Source: Hormiphora californensis (Eukaryota; Animalia; Ctenophora). Taken from it: 64,000 nucleotides of DNA. Position numbers and translations under genes: made by a program. The notes under the pieces were generated by a model. That model saw nothing but the letters and a program-made list of their open reading frames with translations. It was not told where the DNA came from and made no database searches. Below, piece by piece: positions 41,001-53,100 of this stretch. Each line of letters opens with the position of its first letter. Position 1 is the stretch's first letter. Location of the stretch: the NCBI GenBank assembly GCA_020137815.1, contig CM035358.1, positions 3,348,001 to 3,412,000 of the forward strand, written 5' to 3'.

Positions 41001-44000
41001 AATTAGGGTAACATCGACATATTATTGGAAGGAAATCAATAAATTTTAGAAATTTTTAGAAATCTTCCCGAAATCCGCAAATTTCGTCAAAAAATGGTGA
41101 CAAATGGTGCCAAATGGAGACAAATGGTGACAAATGGAGACAAATGGTGACAAATGGGGATGGTGACAACCCCAAAGGACAGATGAGTCACCATATGTCA
41201 CCATTTGTCACCATTTGTCACCATGATTACCCCCCCTGGTATACTAACTAAATTGGTAGAGGGACCATTTTGGTCACACTTTCGTTGCGAGGGGCAACCC
41301 GGTACCACCCGGTGTATCAGCGTAGCAACTGAGCCGCGCACACAACAAAAAGGTGCTCCTTTATCAAAACTACAATGACACAGTTTGATGGACGTGTATG
41401 CTCGCGCCATCAACAAAACATGAATAGCGCTGCCGTGTGTTTCGCGTGTTACATACACATTGTCATCTTGCGAGTCGAGTGTGAGAGGTTAGATAAGTAG
41501 TTAAGTTAGAATGTCAAAAGCTGGTTAGCAAGTGTCCATGTCATGTGATTAAACTAAGCTATGTGAGAAGTATACTGACAGCTAGATCGTATGCATCTCA
41601 CATTACATTATGACCAAGCCTTGATCCTGTTGACAGTGACACGTGAAACGGTAGGGCAGGGAAACACAGCATTATGAATACATAATGCAATGATACTTGT
41701 TTAAGTCAATATTATGGTATACGAATCGTGTTTCGAATCGGCACTGCTAAGCGGGAGTTTTGTTTCTAATTTGCGAGTTAGAGATGGATTTTGCTGATAC
41801 GTGATGCTGCTAATTAGACAATGAATCATGTCCCCCTAAATTTCCTAATTACACTTGATTGGGGATCATGTATCAGCACAATCCATCTCGAACCCGCTAA
41901 TTATCACATCACTCCCGTTGCATTGCCGATTCGAAACACGATTCGTACGCAAAAATTGACTTAGAAAGTTTTCGAAAAATTTGACTTTGAAAATTTTTCA
42001 CAAAATTGACTTTTTTACAAAATTTCAAAGAATGATTCTCAACACCTTGACGGTGCACTCCATGAATTTTTTGATAAAAAAGCATGAAATTGATGACTCC
42101 CTTATGAGGACATGATTCCAGGGAAGTCACGTATAAAATCAATCCATATCGAGCCCGCTAATCAGCGAAATCACTTCCACATAGCATCGTCGATTCAAAA
42201 CAGGGTTCATACGGCAAAATGACATTGAAATCCATAAAAATTTTGTGAAATAATTGACAAATGATGGCCGAAAAGCCCGATTTTTGGCCATTTTTTGAAA
42301 AAAAATCGGTGATTCGGCCAAAATTTTCCACCGAACCGAACCGAACCAAACGAAAAAACACCGAATTTCCGAACCGAACCGAACCGAATATTCGGTCGCT
42401 TCCGATGTAAAACCTGCACAAAATGAACTGAGTAACTGGCCCACATTGGTTAAGACCACTTCATAGAAGCTACAAACCTTATAACTGCGGTAAGATATCA
42501 ATTTGTTAACTTGTTGGGTTGGGTTACCCAACAAACTGACCTTTGAGTTGAGGCAGTCTCTGAGTTTCATCTCGTAATCCTTACTGTGACATGTCACAGT
42601 GATGGAAGCACCTTTAAGATTTGTCTAATCAGGGGAGAGAGAGTTAGGCATGAGCATTCATTGTAAAGTATCATCTAAATATCATATAACAGCTGACTAA
42701 CTGTCAGAAACATGACCATGGTGCCACTAAACCCCGTGGTTTTGGTTGGTTCGACTGTACCTCCCACTGCGCCCGGAGGCGCCTGGCTCAAGTGGTACTG
42801 TTGTATCCGTATTATCCCCGTGGTTAATAATTGATATACTATATATTCAACAAGCCGAACGTGGTTCTTTAACTCACCTTAACTTGTATTCTAAGTCTCT
42901 TAATAGCATAGTTGACAATCTCCATGTCTATATTCTCAAGCTAAACTGGTGAGCCTCCTCCCTTGTCAGCACCCTCCCCACCATCCTGGAGAGGTGCTGG
43001 AGTGTTGGTCCACATCCCTGATCCATCCACATAGAGTATATCTCGATTCAACCTAACTTTTGTTCCATAACCTCTACTCTTTCTACGAGGTACATGGTAG
43101 GTTAGGAGTGCAAGGAGAGACAAGGGTCATGTTATTGGAGTACCTAAAATTGTTATTTCCTACAGACGTTTATTAAGACAGTGTTATTCTCTCATTACAT
43201 TTACCGGCTTGCAGTAATAGCTGCTGACTTTTAATAGCTTTGAGAGCTGCTGTCTTTGGGTAGCATGAGAGCTGCTGACTTTGGAATTTAGCTTTATTCA
43301 GTGTGAGAGCATTTTTATGCCATCTAAGTTGGTTCGTATTTTATGAGGCCCGTATTTTCTTCAATAAAGTCTATCTATGGTGTGTTTAAAACCAGATTTA
43401 ATAGTGGTGTCATAAGTAAGGAAGGTGTTATAATTTAGGTATACCGCTCTGACGCTGAGCAGTGTCAGTCAAAATTCAGTTTGCTGGCCCCGTTTTGCCT
43501 GGGCGGTATACAGGGGGGGGGGGGGGTGACACGTAACACTTTGTAACACTTTGTAACATGTGCAGAAAACTTTTGTGCACGTTACATGTTACAAAGTGTA
43601 CATAGTGTTACAAAGTGTTACAAGTGTTACATAGTGTTACAAAGTGTTACAAAGTGTTACATAGTGTTGCAAAGTGTCACAAAGTGTTACAAATTGTTAC
43701 AAAGTGTTACAAATTGTTACGAAATATTTACAAACACACAAGGATTTGTAGCGAAGCAAATTTTCAATCTTTGACCAAAAAATTGATTTTGGAAAATTTT
43801 ATTCTTTTTCCAACAGAAACGTTGTATATCATCTTATTAAGTACAAAGAATCGATTACCAATGAAAAAAAGTGTGTTAACGATTGGGTCACAACTCACAG
43901 GTGACTCAGCACATTGGCTGCCTCTGAGAGGCACAATATTTTTAATATCAACTCTAAAAACTTTACCGTTGTCTAAAGTTCATATTTTTCTTTACCAAAT

Positions 44001-47000
44001 GGACTATTTCCGCCCTGATTTCCACAGTCGATGACATCGGAGGCTCAAAACATCCGCAAATTAGTAAAAAAGTGTATGTTTTAACCCTAGAAATGATTTA
44101 AAACTTTAGATGGTGTTCTAGAAAGACACCAAAGTCGTCTCAAATACTTATTCACAAACCGTCTTATATACCGCCTGGGCCAAAAAAAGTCATGGTACGC
44201 CGAGCCTCATATCTCCCAAATCTTAACTTCGATCACTCTGATGTTTGACACAATGTTTGTATGGGTACTCATTCGAGGAATCCGGAGTTTCAATTCCTAA
44301 ATCTTTAAAATTCATTAATGAACCCCTTTTTTCATTTTGGGTTTTTCCACGTTTTCTCATTGTCAATTCGATTTATTCTTAAAAAAAGCAACCATGCATT
44401 AGATTAAACAATAATAAATGGCAATCCGAATTTTTATTAAAAATGAATCAAGTTTAGTTGGTGAAATAAATGATTAAAAATGGTCATTTTTACCAAACAT
44501 CGATTTTGACCCATTTTGAGGAGAAATCGGTAATTTCAGGCGCTAAAGGTGGTACGGCCATTGCACTTGATCAATGTTGATGTTAGCCGGAATTTTAGCT
44601 CTCTATCTCAAAGTTCATTTTTCCGACTGAAATGAATCCTGAATGAACTTGAAAATAGGAATGCTTTTTCAAACCGGAATTTCACAGTCGTCTTGGGTAT
44701 CGATTTCCTTTCAAACGCGACTAATTTTAGCTCAATTGGACCACCACAAGAGACGCCGTGTCCAGTTTTCTAACCTGGGTCTGGTCATGTGACCCCCATT
44801 GAGACGCTAGTGTATTACGAAGTGCCAATAAGCAGGTGTAACGGCGAGTATCACGTATCACATCTGCTAATGAGGACGGTGTACCGATACAGCGTCCGTT
44901 AAAATATAAGCTCTCTTGCTAACACGTCAAATTTGATGGGGATCACATGACCCAACTTAGGCTTGGTAAACTGGCCACTGTAATTCTTGTGGTGATCCAA
45001 TTAAGCTCAAACTGGTCGCGTTCGAAAGAAAATCGATAGCCAAACAAATTTGTGAAACTTTGGTACCAAAATATGGTCCCTTTTTGGTGTTCCTTCAATG
45101 TTCATTCGGGCGGAAAAAATGACTTTCATCCAGAGGGCTGAAACTCGGATTCCTCGAATGAGTACCCATACAAATATTGTGTCAAAATATCAGAGTGATG
45201 GAAGTTAAGATTTGGGAGATATGAGGCTCGCGCGTACCAGACATTTTTTGGCCCAGGCGGTATTTTGTAAATATTTTGTAACAATTTTGTAACACTTTGT
45301 AACAATTTGTAACACTTGTGACACTATGTAACACTTTGTGACACTGTAACACTTGTAACACTGTAACACTGTAACACTTTGTAACACTATGTTAACACTT
45401 TGTAACACTTTGTAACACTATGTAACACTTTGTAACATGTGCAGAAAACTTGTGCACGTTACATGTTACAAAGTGTTACAAAGTGTTACGTGTCCCCCCC
45501 CCCCTGTATACAAAAACTTATATATTATTATTATTATTAACTTTCTACAAACCTTGAAACCTCAATCCACTTCGAATTCAGGTTTTAGCTTCAGCAGTAG
45601 TCAAATAGAAAGTAGTGTCCCCAATATTAGACCCTGTTGTAGCAGTCTTGTTGCTCTCAATGATACAGCTTCCACAGCCTCAACTGATGCACCCACAATG
45701 TGGATATGGTCCCCGTTAGAGAACCGCATCTTAACCTGCAGGAGCACGATAAGAGAACAATGAAATGTTCTGAGAACATATATATATCGGACAAACAGCT
45801 TGGGTCTAATTCTAGTTCTGATTGTCACACCTAATTGTTATACCTCTGGGAATTGTGAGATGATGGTATCTCTAATCTTCAACCAGCTAGACCTATTACA
45901 TGGCACTGTTAGAACATGATCCTCCTCTCCTATGAGGAGCTCTTCTTCACCTTCCCTTGCTAGTATCTGAAGAATGTAGTGGATGAGTGATAATTGTATA
46001 GCTTGCCTAGCTAGACTCTGTTTCACGCGCCCACCCGTGAAACACACCTTCTTTACAAAATATGTATCCTTAAATCGATAGTGTTTACGCAGTGAATACA
46101 GAGTGAATACGCAGTGAATACAGAGTGAATACGCAGTGAATACAGAGTGAATACGCAGTGAATGCAGAGCGAATGCAGAGCTCTGTATTCACTCTGTATT
46201 CACTGCGTAAACAGTTCTGGTAGGATATCCCCAATGATTGCGTATTCACTGCGTATTCACTCTGCATTCACTGCGTATTCATCGATGGAACCACGGCGTA
46301 TTCACTGCGTATTACTTGCGTATTCGCTTGCTTCGCTCTACATTCACTGGTATTCACTCTGTATTCACTGCGTATTCACTCTGTATTCACTGCGCAAACA
46401 CTATCGATTTAAGGATATGGAGGATGCGGGTAGTACCTTGGGACATAACAAAATATAGCAACACAATATAACCTCCCTGTTCTGAGAGAGAGTCTGAACA
46501 ACACAATATGTTTCCTCCCAAACATGGTGGTATAGGTACGGTAGCACGAGAAACAAACCTCTCTTATTTCGTTAGAAACCCCCTCTAGCACGAGAAACAA
46601 ACCTCTCTTATTTCGTTAGAAAACCCCTCTAGCACGAGAAACAAACCTCTCTTATTTCGTTAGATAACCCCTCTAGAATGGTTACATCCTCTCCTGCTAT
46701 GTAGACTCCTGTTGGTAGGTCGTTAACACCGTACCGCCCTTTCAGTGTACTGTATGCATTTACCATGGTCCCCGTCTCTACCGCACCCTCAACCATCCTG
46801 AAGGGGTGTTATCATGAGGATGTTACCATGGTTACCATGATTATCATTAGTTAATCACTTACCTTTGGATATCAACCCATTTTTCATTGTTTATCTCTGG
46901 TGAGAACGGCAAGTACCGATAGTTCTCTGTCTGACTCGCTTTTTGGGAAATTCGTTCATTAACCACTTTCAAGTAGGAGTCAACTAGAGATCGGTCACCA

Positions 47001-49936
47001 TACACTATCCACCTTTGACAACTATTGGGGGGGTTAGGGATTGTTGGGCTGGGGTGTTTCGAATCCAAATAGAACCCATCAGCTAATCTAGGTGGAAACC
47101 AGATAAATTGAGAGTTCTCATACCAAGTCTGGTCATCCTCTATTTCCTGATTCTCGAAGGGCATCCGTATTGTATCAGAGTCAACCAGGGCGTCAGAAAC
47201 CTTCCGAACTGATAAATACCCGCCCTGTGAAGTTCCTGAATTATTACAAACACACCAACAAAAGAGATTGGGTACTTCTAGATCAAACATTAGAGAAGTG
47301 TTAACTTACTGATTTATCCACATGTATCCTGTTTAAAAGCTGGTTCTGGAAGATTTGAGAGACAATAGTGGAAACACTTAACTCCCTCACTGATAACCCT
47401 CCTAACACCTCCTCTACCCTCTCCACTAACCCATCCAATAGCACCTCATCATTGTGTGCTAGAGTTAGTTGTGTGGACATTGGTGCTATATAAGCCACCC
47501 CGCCTAGATCCCCTAGATATTTTATAAGAGGTCTATACAGCACCCCATTCTCCAACTCACAGTCCTGTATTTTATGTTTCTTAATAAACTCATCATATGC
47601 CTCTTTCTCAATTGATCTAGGCCACTAACTGTATCAACACCCCATGATATCTCGCGAGAACGAGCCAGAGTGGAGTTAGGATTGTCACGAAACCAATTTT
47701 TCATAAAATTCTTCTCGATGGGGGTGACTTTTAGAGTTGTACAGTTGGCTATGGCCTCTGATAATATATCCAAGGCGGTCTTGCCGTTGCTAGTAGTAAC
47801 GTACGCACGGTTAGTGGACTTAAACCCGTTTATCTGGACCTGCAAAATATAGAAGTGGAGAGATTGGGTTTTACTGAATGCGGATAATCATAGTATCCTA
47901 TCATAGGTAATGGTAACCATGGTAACCCGGTAACCCCTGGTAACTATGGTAACAATACCTGTTCGTTGTTATATCCGTATCCAAGGAAGTCTTTCCACTG
48001 GTCAGGCTCCAGGATAACCTCTGAGTAGGTCTTCTCCAGCTGAGAGAACAACCAGTCCTGGGGAGGAGGAATTGAATATTAGTACTGCAAAATCGTTGTT
48101 TCTCTTTATTGGGAATGTCTAAACGGTATTTCGATTAAATTCAAGAACTGAGTATCAGATTGCTGAGAGTTTCCTAACAACTCAATTAGTACAGCCGGAC
48201 CCCTAATTACTGCTCTGGGGAAAGGGTTTTGCCCGGTAAATCGGGGTCTTTACCTTGAACGGTTCAATGTTGCTCTTATCATCCGCTCCAAGATAAACAT
48301 TCATCGGTGAGATTGGGAACATGGCGACCCCAAACTCCCTATCTTTACCTTCCTCGGCTAACTGGCAAACCACCCGATAATCCTCCGCGCTAAACTTGTA
48401 CACTCCTAACTCATTAAACCTTGTCTGGTAGGCCATGGATGTGGACCTCTCAAACCGCTCAAGGCATTCCTCCAACCACTGCACGTCACCAGTATGCCCA
48501 TATACGGTGATCCGGTGATCCGGTGACTGTTTACAATGTAGCACCCTACCCACATATTTGGCAACATCAGCTTTATCAGAGACATGTTAGTTGTTTTTAG
48601 GACCACTTCCGTGGTGTTCCCTAACTTAGCAAATACTGCCTCTGTCTCGTCACGGAGGTCTGCATGTTGATTTGCGTCTGCAATTATCTCTAGTGTTCCA
48701 TCTTGTGAAACGGAGACTCCTATACCTGAGAGAGAGATGAGAATGTGGTATCTGTGAAACGGAGACTCCTATACCTGAGAGAGAGAGAGATGAGAATGTG
48801 GTATCTGTGAAACGGAGACTCCTATACCTGAGAGAGAGAGAGATGAGAATGTGGTATCTGTGAAACGGAGACTCCTATACCTGAGAGAGAGAGAGATGAG
48901 AATGTGGTATCTGTGAAACGGAGACTCCTATACCTGAGAGAGAGAGAGATGAGAATGTGGTATCTGAACATCAGCCCACCTACTCCTTGCCCCTTCTGTC
49001 CCCCCTTGTCCCTCCAGTGGGGGGGGGGGGGGGGTGTGCTGGTGTCTACAAATTCTCCGCTCCATCAGCACTTATTCTCTCCGCCCAATCACATACCTTT
49101 TGTTCCGGAGAATAGTCTGTGTCGACAGTAGTTTATGAGCTCGATGGAGGACTCTGTCTGCACTTCTGGTGGAAGTGGGATGTGGAGCGGAGTATAGGAT
49201 GAAAATATATCATCGATATACGCTTTGACCTAGGAAGAGTACTAATGTGAGAATTACTTAGTTGATATTAGATTGCTGATCCTACCTACATCGCATCAGG
49301 GAGTGGGAAATTTCACAAAACCCAAGTGAGTGTCTTTTTAGTTTGGGTTTTACTTTAGTTCTCTCGTTACCTGATTGCTTTTGCATTCGATCTGAGATCT
49401 GAGAAGGGTACCAGCACTTCGCGGTGGAAAGTTGATCTCCGCATTCGGGTATCTTTCCTTTACAGAATCCTCGATCTGACTCCTGATGAAGCTGAGATTG
49501 ACCTGTGGCACAAACAGATACATATTATTAATTATCAATTAATATTATCAGCTGTGGGAATGAGAACATTATACTGTTTTTATGGACGCTTTTCGTTTAG
49601 AGAGACCCTTCTTTCACTTCATGGAGTTCCTTTATCTGTCACCTCATCATGTGATCCCTGTCAGGCAATTGCAGCTGATCCTATTTGCTCATGAAGGCAG
49701 GTCAGGCGGGCTAATACTTACCTGAGGTAGGTATTAGCCCGCCTGACCTGCCTTCATGAGCAAATAGTTACCTGACCCCGGGGATGATCTGGCCGAGAGA
49801 CCCTTCAACAACTTATATGATCTATTGAACTATTGTTCATATAGTGCGAACAAGTTACCTGTTGTGGGTTTACTGATGAGAGACATCGTCTACACTGTTG
49901 AGTGAATGGCCAAGCTATGCTTCTCACTCTGTTCAT
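38050..49936 (-). CDS. Paralogue C: predicted mitochondrial protein with tandem degenerate KH-like units (multi-exon; apparent frameshifts)
   Basis: ATG 49936: MNRVRSIAWPFTQQCRRCLSSVNPQQ|VNLSFIRSQIEDSVKERYPNAEINFPP...; units such as HRITVYGHTGDVQWLEECLERF, QLTLAHNDEVLLDGLVERVEEVL, GVYIAGEDVTILEGLSNEIRE. 3' exons in the 38050-45965 copy are indel-damaged, while the 27946-35973 copy is cleaner. Confidence 0.7.
46085..46400. repeat. Inverted array of gcagtgaatacagagtgaatac units (foldback MITE-like)
   Basis: atcgatagtgttt...aaacactatcgat ends; degenerate duplicate at ~36080-36437. Confidence 0.7.
46542..46676 (-). repeat. ~44-bp tandem repeat spanning a donor site of paralogue C
   Basis: Minus-strand unit ctaacgaaataagagag|gtttgtttctcgtgctagagggg x3. 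Confidence 0.85.
48704..48966 (-). repeat. ~51-55-bp tandem repeat spanning an acceptor of paralogue C
   Basis: Minus-strand unit ...ctctctcag|gtataggagtctccgtttcaca x5. Confidence 0.9.
49681..49767. repeat. 87-bp near-perfect palindrome in intron 1 of paralogue C
   Basis: 43-bp arms, one mismatch, 1-nt centre. Confidence 0.95.
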
Positions 49937-50136
49937 AGCTAGATGTGCACAGAAAAAAGGTGTTAGCTGGGGAAGGTATATAATAAAATTGTTATTCCAA
50001 AAGCGTAAAAAACTTGAAAAATAATAAATTAGACAGCATATCAAACTTCATAAATAATCTCTTTTCTCTATCCCCAGGGCGGTAACACACTAAGAGTGCT
50101 CAAAGTCTGTGTACTGTCTACAGGTCAAATTATTCC

Positions 50137-53100
50137 TCAAAGGGTCCCACTCTCTACCACCTTCAACTCCTTATCAACTGAACTTCCACCACCAAGCTTC
50201 AGCTTAGATGCAACAGAAGGACTCTCTTCAAACTTAACTTTTAGATTGTGAGACCGGATGAACCGAGTCAACTTGAGTCGTACATTAGGCATGGCTTTTT
50301 CCTCAGCTATAAACTCGTAGAATACTGTGTTTGGTTCACTATCAGGGGTATATATCTGGAGAAGAAGGGGACTTTAATAATTGTGTAGATCTGGAGAAGA
50401 AGGGGACTTTAATAATTGTGTAGATCTGGAGAAGAAGGGGACTTTATTAAACCGGGAACATAAAAAAGGGATCTCTTGGGAATAGGGGGGGGGGGCCTGC
50501 CGCAAGAATCTCATGCCTCATTGGCGATTTTCAGGGTAGCTGGGATTTTTGAGATTTTCGATTTTTGGCTAAAAAACGTGGGATTTTTGAGATTTTTGAG
50601 GCAAATTTGCGATTTTTCGGCGAAAACCCGCAAATTTTTCTCAAAAATCTCATAGAAAGGAAAAATTTCCATTCGAAAATTTGGAATAGAAACAATCCTT
50701 GTGTTTTTCTACCAAAAATCAAAATTCTGGATAGAAATTTTCCTTGTGTTCTAGTACAAAAGTTAATGTGAAGCTAAAACATGAAATCTGCCTATTTAAA
50801 TTACTAAACTGCTATTATGATTCAGTTTTAAGCTAAAACATATGTCGAAAAACTGAGTATTGGCAGCCAAAATTGTGCCAATTTAACACAAAAATCTCAA
50901 AAATCTCAAACGTAATTGAGCAAATTTTCCCAAAAATCTCAAAAATCTCATCGGCCGAAAAGAGGGTAGCTGAGATTTTTGCGGCAGGCCCCCCCCCCCC
51001 CCCCCCCCCCCGAATAGGAACTGGGGACAGGTGAATATACATTCCCAAGAGTCTATAAAACATGTGACGTCTTACCAAGCTTCTTCCAAAGGCCGCTCTG
51101 AGATTTATTTCCAACAGTTTGGCACTTTCCTTATCAATGGTTTGGAATCGGAATGTCCGTATTTGGCTGAAGATATATATATAGATTTGTTGAGACCAAG
51201 TCAGACACACTTGTCTCTCAAAAGACTACCCTCTCGGAACAGTCATGTAGTACATATGACCTGGATATAATACTTACTTGAGCTTGAGGGTATCAATAAT
51301 GTAATCACTCGTTTCCTTGGTGATATCCTTCCCTCCAAAAACATATATAACACTCTGGACCTTGCGATCCCTCTCCAGAACTTGCTCTCCCTCAAGATCC
51401 TGATTTTGAACGCTGAGATCTTCCCCATCTTCACAAACCTCCTCCTCAATTTCCTTGACAGCCTGATATGAATCACTGAGTGATCCAGTTCTAATCATCC
51501 GGCCATTTCGAGGGAACAGATCGAGCACATTCATGTTTCCAGAGGTGTGGTCCAGGGACCAGGGTCCTGCCTGTTCGTTTAGTCGCTCCGTGACACTTTG
51601 TATGGATGATTTACCACGCCTCCGAACATCAATCTGAACAGAACAATGGTAGATCAAAGAGGGGTTGAAGGGTAACGTCGTCTCCGACTTCTGTGCTCCC
51701 AACACGGGTGTGACAGGAGTCTACATGTGAGGTGAGGTGGTAGTGAGGACTGAGGTGGTAGACAATATAAGTACTAAGTGTAATGTGCATTCTACCAGCT
51801 GTACCAATCAAGTTTTCTGTGCAAGGAAGTTCAACTTGTTCTATAAGAAAGAAGAGGAAATATATATACCCGATAAATGTCCTCAATGCTAGACAAGGTT
51901 TTCTCCATCTCACCCACTATCTCCTGAACTCTGTCTGGATCTGTGCCAATAACTGTCAAGTCTCCATTGTCCCATAGCTTACAAACTGCTACGGGATTCT
52001 CCTCAACGTTGTTCATGATATGACCTAGTAGGAGGGGGGGGGGCCAATTAGACATCAGGAAAACATCTAAGTATGTTTAATTAAGTTGAGGCCATTAAAT
52101 TGTTTGAAAAGCAACCCGCTTTCGAAGCTTTAAACACTGACCTAGATTCAGCCAGGATAGAAGGGAGTGAGACACTGACCTAGTTTCAGCCAGGATAGAA
52201 GGGAGTGAGACCGGCAAAAAAGGTTAGCATTTCCCAACATTTCCTTCAGCGGCATACTGCAAGGTACAACCATCGTTGTAACCTCAAGATTCCTCATTCT
52301 TTCAATAAACGAGTCGAGGTCTACAGCTGTATCACAGGAAAACATGAACTTTCCATCCTCTACCCTCTCAACAGATATCTGAGGATGTAGTTAATTGGAT
52401 AGTTAATTGGATAGTTAATTGGATAGTTAATTGGATAGTTAATTGGATACCTCCTTGATTGTTCTAACCCTCCTTTACATTTGTAAAAGGTCTCTTTCCG
52501 CGGGCAGAGCGCACGGAAAACAGAAAGAGAGTCGTGCTAGGTACAGATATGCTTTATTGGTAAGCCTCACTCCAGGAATCACCTCTCTTACTTACCACAG
52601 CCTCTTTGTTTTGGGATTTCAGTGCGAAAAACAGCACATTCCCATCAACATTATCCACTGTCCTGGTCTGGATCTCACCACGTGTCAGTAACTCTTTAAT
52701 CTCCTTCTTTAGCTAGCAGGAGTGTGTAACAGTTGATTTAATTTGTGGTTTAATTGGAACAATTATACCACTTAACTAGTTACTAGGGTGTGACATTAGA
52801 GACAGTAGACAACACCCAAGTACCCCACCGGCCACCCTACTATTACAGACAGTTATAATACCTGATAAACTACTGATGGTCGTCCAGTGAGTCGGAGATT
52901 CCGCTCGTCAATTACACGTATATTTACACCCGTATTTGCCCACTTATGGAAACTAAAGGAAGAATATTATCAATAAAATTGATTTTGAAAACATTAAAAT
53001 GTTATAATAACATTGAATTTGACCAGATCTCTTCTCTCCTAACTTACTTTTCCCGAATGAGGACTTTAATTTTCAGTTGGTTAATCTGTGTGACAGGTAC

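Larger units (their letters stand above)
26540..46620. repeat. ~10-kb tandem duplication (copy 1 ~26540-36630, copy 2 ~36630-46620)
   Basis: Colinear near-identity throughout (annexin 3' end, paralogue C 3' exons, all MITEs). Copy 2 carries many 1-bp indels. Confidence 0.95.

Noticed and set aside
49715-49725. ATACTTACCTG as the start of a U1 snRNA gene
   Set aside because: Downstream sequence lacks U1 stem-loops and the Sm site; it is the centre of a palindrome.
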